Assembly: GCF_009834535.1 (NCBI RefSeq) | Contig: NC_045725.1 | Coordinates: 19,840,001-19,904,000 of the forward strand | Origin: Camelus ferus | Lineage: Eukaryota | Direction: 5' to 3' | DNA length: 64,000 bases | In this document: in pieces, positions 59,801-64,000 of the stretch | How positions within the stretch are numbered: the first letter of the stretch is position 1 | Layout: each line of letters starts with the position of its first letter | Translations under genes and position numbers: made by a program | The notes under the pieces: generated by a model | The model's input: the letters and a program-made list of their open reading frames with translations, nothing else | Told to the model about the DNA's origin: nothing | Databases searched by the model: none

Positions 59801-60757
59801 AATATGCTTTCATTCTCCCTTTCTCTTAATCCTTATACACATCTTTAAAAAAAAAAAATCTGCCTCAGCAGAGAGATCTGACTTAGTAATAATTATTTTT
59901 TAACCTGAAGATCAAATCTGAAATCAAGTTACAATTCAGTTTAGGTTTTTTACTTTCTAGTGTTGAGACTGAGAAAGAACTTTCAGTTTAACTTTAGGCT
60001 AGTCTGACAAAACATGGTACCAGGTTGGCACCAAATGGTTGTTTGCCAATCTCCAGTCACACATTTTGAAAGCAGCACACAGAAGGTTTATAAATTAATA
60101 GCTCTCTGTACTGAACGCTTGTCGATATGTCTGTTCTGGGGTTTCTGGGTACCCATTTTGATTGTATAGGGTCTCTTAAAATCACGTTTGAAGCCCAACA
60201 CTAAACCAGAAGTGTTGAGTGAGAGAATTATGGGCACATTCCCAAACTCTTACACCACTAAACCACAAAGGGAATAGATTTAAAAAAAAAAAAAAAAAAA
60301 AAAAGCAAAGGGAAAAAAATCATCCAAAAAAAGGAAAAAAGAAAAAACCCACCCTGAATAGAGAAATAAAATACTTGCTTTTCTTTCAACCTTATGGGTA
60401 GCACACAGAGGGAGGCACCGGAAGATCGAAGCATAAATGCGTGGCGAGGTGTCTCCAAAAAGCATGAGGATGAATAAACTGTCGTGGCATAAATTTGCCA
60501 GCTAGAGGACAGAACACAACACGCTGGGGCTTGGCTGTCCTAACATGTTTTACTATGTAAATTTAAATAGTCTTGGAAGGGAAAAGGAAACAGGGGGGAG
60601 AGGTGGAGAGTTTTGTTTTTAATATTAAAAAAAAAAAAAGTTTGCCAGAAATTCTCATACTTGGTTCACAAATAAAAGTACTTTCACGGCTGTTATTAAA
60701 AAAAAAAAAAAAAAAGAATCTAGTTCTTAGGCTAAAACTCATCACATGTTTCCTACG

Positions 60758-61185
60758 NNNNNNNNNNNNNNNNNNNNNNNNNNNNNNNNNNNNNNNNNNN
60801 NNNNNNNNNNNNNNNNNNNNNNNNNNNNNNNNNNNNNNNNNNNNNNNNNNNNNNNNNNNNNNNNNNNNNNNNNNNNNNNNNNNNNNNNNNNNNNNNNNNN
60901 NNNNNNNNNNNNNNNNNNNNNNNNNNNNNNNNNNNNNNNNNNNNNNNNNNNNNNNNNNNNNNNNNNNNNNNNNNNNNNNNNNNNNNNNNNNNNNNNNNNN
61001 NNNNNNNNNNNNNNNNNNNNNNNNNNNNNNNNNNNNNNNNNNNNNNNNNNNNNNNNNNNNNNNNNNNNNNNNNNNNNNNNNNNNNNNNNNNNNNNNNNNN
61101 NNNNNNNNNNNNNNNNNNNNNNNNNNNNNNNNNNNNNNNNNNNNNNNNNNNNNNNNNNNNNNNNNNNNNNNNNNNNNNNNNNNNN
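60758..61185. other. Assembly gap (428 N)
   Basis: N-run. Confidence 0.99.
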
Positions 61186-61315
61186 CACCACCCAACACAC
61201 AGACTCCTGCACACACACGCACACACACAGCCCTGATGACGACAGTCCTGAGGCCGGACTTTGGGGAAGTTGAAAAGGGCTCCTTTAGAGGGAATTCATT
61301 TTTGCTTTAAAATTA

Positions 61316-61503
61316 NNNNNNNNNNNNNNNNNNNNNNNNNNNNNNNNNNNNNNNNNNNNNNNNNNNNNNNNNNNNNNNNNNNNNNNNNNNNNNNNNNNNN
61401 NNNNNNNNNNNNNNNNNNNNNNNNNNNNNNNNNNNNNNNNNNNNNNNNNNNNNNNNNNNNNNNNNNNNNNNNNNNNNNNNNNNNNNNNNNNNNNNNNNNN
61501 NNN
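61316..61503. other. Assembly gap (188 N)
   Basis: N-run. Confidence 0.99.
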
Positions 61504-61627
61504 AAGAGTCACAATACAGATTCGTGCAAATCATTTCTCCGATTTTTCTGGGCTTCCGTGGTTCATGAACTATCCAGATATTAACAGGCAAGATGAAAAC
61601 TCCAGGCACACACGCGTGCGCAGTGGG

Positions 61628-61636
61628 GCGCGCGCA

Positions 61637-61693
<57 letters not shown>

Positions 61694-61700
61694 GCGCGCA
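61628..61700. repeat. 73-bp perfect purine/pyrimidine alternation including (CA)19(CG)10; strong Z-DNA-forming sequence
   Basis: GCGCGCGCACGCG, then (CA)19 at 61641-61678, (CG)10 at 61679-61698 and CA, read directly. Confidence 0.95.
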
Positions 61701-61712
61701 AAGGGGGAAACC

Positions 61713-62013
61713 CNNNNNNNNNNNNNNNNNNNNNNNNNNNNNNNNNNNNNNNNNNNNNNNNNNNNNNNNNNNNNNNNNNNNNNNNNNNNNNNNNNNNNNN
61801 NNNNNNNNNNNNNNNNNNNNNNNNNNNNNNNNNNNNNNNNNNNNNNNNNNNNNNNNNNNNNNNNNNNNNNNNNNNNNNNNNNNNNNNNNNNNNNNNNNNN
61901 NNNNNNNNNNNNNNNNNNNNNNNNNNNNNNNNNNNNNNNNNNNNNNNNNNNNNNNNNNNNNNNNNNNNNNNNNNNNNNNNNNNNNNNNNNNNNNNNNNNN
62001 NNNNNNNNNNNNN
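61713..62013. other. Assembly gap (301 N)
   Basis: N-run inside the CpG-rich region. Confidence 0.99.
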
Positions 62014-62127
62014 CGGACCTCATCTGGAGCGCTGCGCCCCTCTCGCCTGCCTACGCTCCAACTGACGTCTTCATAATCGCCCTGTCTTTCTATCTGCCGG
62101 GGCTCCTGCGAACAGAGGAGGATGGAA

Positions 62128-62186
62128 GGGGTGGCGACTGGGGGGGTGGGGGGGGAGGGAGAGGGGGGAGGCAAAACGGGGAGGGG
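62128..62186 (+). other. G-quadruplex-forming motif
   Basis: Seven runs of at least 3 G (G4, G7, G8, G3, G6, G4, G4) within 59 bp. Confidence 0.6.
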
Positions 62187-64000
62187 AGATGAGGACAGGG
62201 GCTCCCATCATTGTCACTTACGAGGAGTCCAGCCTTCTTCCTTCTGCCATCCCCACGGCCCCTCCCTCCCCAACCACCATCAACAATCACTTCTCAAACC
62301 ATCATGAAGCTCATTAATTTTTAAGGGTGACTGCTTGGTTGCCGCACCCCAACTGTCTGCCATTAGGCATCGAAATTTTGTTTGGGAGTTCTTGCCTGTG
62401 CAGGAGAAAGATGTCTGTGGCTGGACAAAGTCACAATTCGATTGAAATGTCAGAAATTAATTAATTGGAAGTGCTGAGCAGTACTTTCCAAGGCCCCCCC
62501 AAAATAGGTTCAGATGAAACCCTTGTTACTCAAAAGCCTCTGAGGAGCCAACCCTGTCCTAACATTTTGTGTCTTAAATAATTTCCGTGGCCTTTGGCGT
62601 CCTATGTCACAGACTCATCCAGAAATCACTGAACGAACCCAAATGAAATTGTACATTTGCAAGGGTCACAGTCTACTTTGGCAACACAACAGAAATACCA
62701 GAGCAGACACAAGTTAAGGACAGGCTCCCTGTTTTAAACTCAGAATTCTTAATTCCCAGCCTAACTCTGTGTGGCTTTCAGCTTTCTGTTCCTTAAAAAA
62801 CAAAAAAAACAACACAAGGGGAAGAAAGTAACCAACAGAAAGCACTGAAACCCACCTACCAACTTTGAAAAAAATCCCATTAAATCACATCAGAAAAAGA
62901 AAGACCGGTTTTATTAATTCAGTATACTTTTAATCATGAACTCCTTCTTAAGCTTAAGTAATTTATAACTGAGTTTTTGAGATCTGTTGATAGAGAACAA
63001 ATAATATAAGGAATCAGCTTTATTGATTCAAAGAATTGAAAACGGACACTTTTCCCAGCTTTAGGAGACGATTGCTCATCCAGTGACTGGGGGCTCTCAA
63101 CAATTTATAATTTTTTTTGCCCATTTGGAGATGAGACGGAGTTTAGGAAAGCACTCAAACCCTACAAAGAACAAACTGTATGACCGCAAAATAGCTTAAG
63201 GGATTTATGTCCCAAAATGTTCATGACATTCTAGGCTTTACTGGGAAATTAACACTGAGAACAAGAAGAAGTTCAACAAAATAGAACACGCAGTCCAGCC
63301 ATGCTAAGAATTAAGTCAAATGTCATTTATGTGCAGTTTCATGGAATGGTACAAAAATAAAGAGTACAGGCTAAGTTGGGTGAGAAAATGTCCCACCTAA
63401 AATCTGCATGCCATTCCATTTACAGGCAAAGGCAATTTTACAGAACACTAGGCAGATTGGATTCGTTGAAATGAAAGCTTTGTCTCTTAGCATGGGCCCA
63501 ACCATCAATTCAAACATGTTCTCAAAACCGTTTGATGACACACTTGTTTTGGGTTTTATTTTTTTCTTCTGAGGATTCAGTATGCTTCTCATCTTCTTTA
63601 CCATCTAATTTGTCCTTCGGAAACTTTTAAATATTGAAGTAATCATGAATCTTTCTGTTCCCCAAAGCATCCTGTAATTTTAATGCTTAGTCCTTGTTAA
63701 CAAGGCACCTCATCCCTGAACTCCAAAAGAAAGACAGAGAACATATTTATTAAAATCTTCCATCGCTCTGTAGAAAGGATCACCTTGTGTTTTGAATGTG
63801 TATTTTTTTTTCCTTAAGGAACAACAGACTACGCATTTGCATTAATAAATTTCTATTTTCAAGCTCAATAGAAATTGCAGTACAAAAAGCAGATGTGTAT
63901 GTTGGATTCTTTCAAATTAAATTTCCAAAAGGAGAGCCTATTCTCGCTCAAGATCAAAGGAACTAAAACATGATCTCCTCCTCCTTCCAATATAATTACA

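Larger units (their letters stand above)
1..62300 (-). other. Inferred 5' intronic portion of a large minus-strand Pol II transcription unit (host gene not identified)
   Basis: A CpG-rich promoter-like region sits at the right end. Long A runs outnumber T runs on the + strand in 38-61 kb (by eye). Most L1 fragments are + oriented, i.e. antisense to a minus-strand host, which is the usual intronic bias. Several strong minus-strand acceptor/donor pairs are present. No coding exon was recognised. This is inference only. Confidence 0.5.
60750..62300 (-). promoter_or_regulatory. CpG-island/promoter-like region (more than half in gaps); probable TSS region of the minus-strand host gene
   Basis: Highest CpG/GC density in the window at 61600-62230. 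Contains a CRE-like TGACGTCT at 62063-62070, G-runs, three gaps typical of GC dropout, and a donor-like C|GTAGGA at the 60757 gap edge. Orientation is inferred. Confidence 0.6.

Noticed and set aside
12312-62192. Long X-containing ORFs in the ORF track
   Set aside because: Artefacts of translating through N-gaps.
60750-62300. Assigning a host gene symbol
   Set aside because: No coding exon is visible. The flanks did not match the few 5' UTRs I could recall (e.g. ATXN1, NRIP1, BACH2, JARID2), and recall-based comparison is unreliable. A BLAT search is needed.
1-64000. CRISPR arrays, rRNA, snoRNA/miRNA, NUMT, endogenous viral ORFs, vector or synthetic inserts
   Set aside because: No regularly spaced repeat-spacer arrays, no recognisable structural RNA other than SINE heads, and no mitochondrial, viral or vector sequence was recognised by eye.

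Overview
This is mammalian non-coding DNA, most likely camelid. The inference rests on five tRNA-Ala-derived SINEs of the Vic-1 type and on camelid/cetartiodactyl-type L1 3' ends. I recognise no protein-coding exon: the only ORF with a recognisable homolog is a dead LINE-1 ORF2 fragment (20149-20436). The left ~37 kb is rich in repeats (L1, L2, MIR, MER DNA transposons, SINEs). The right ~27 kb is repeat-poor, looks like conserved non-coding sequence, and ends in a partly gapped CpG-island/promoter-like region (~60.8-62.3 kb) containing a (CA)19(CG)10 tract and a G-quadruplex motif. Plus-strand A-richness, mostly plus-oriented L1s and several well-formed minus-strand splice-site pairs suggest the 5' intron(s) of a large minus-strand gene, which I could not identify. 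Nine N-gaps (2,229 bp in total) cluster in the likely regulatory part and may hide the first exon. I found no convincing novel multi-gene system. The best leads are a candidate 12-nt microexon (43908-43919), a recursive-splicing-like 65-nt exon (42030-42094), a palindrome-dense regulatory module (~24.8 kb) and the promoter Z-DNA/G4 tract. All repeat family names come from recalled consensus sequences and need RepeatMasker confirmation.
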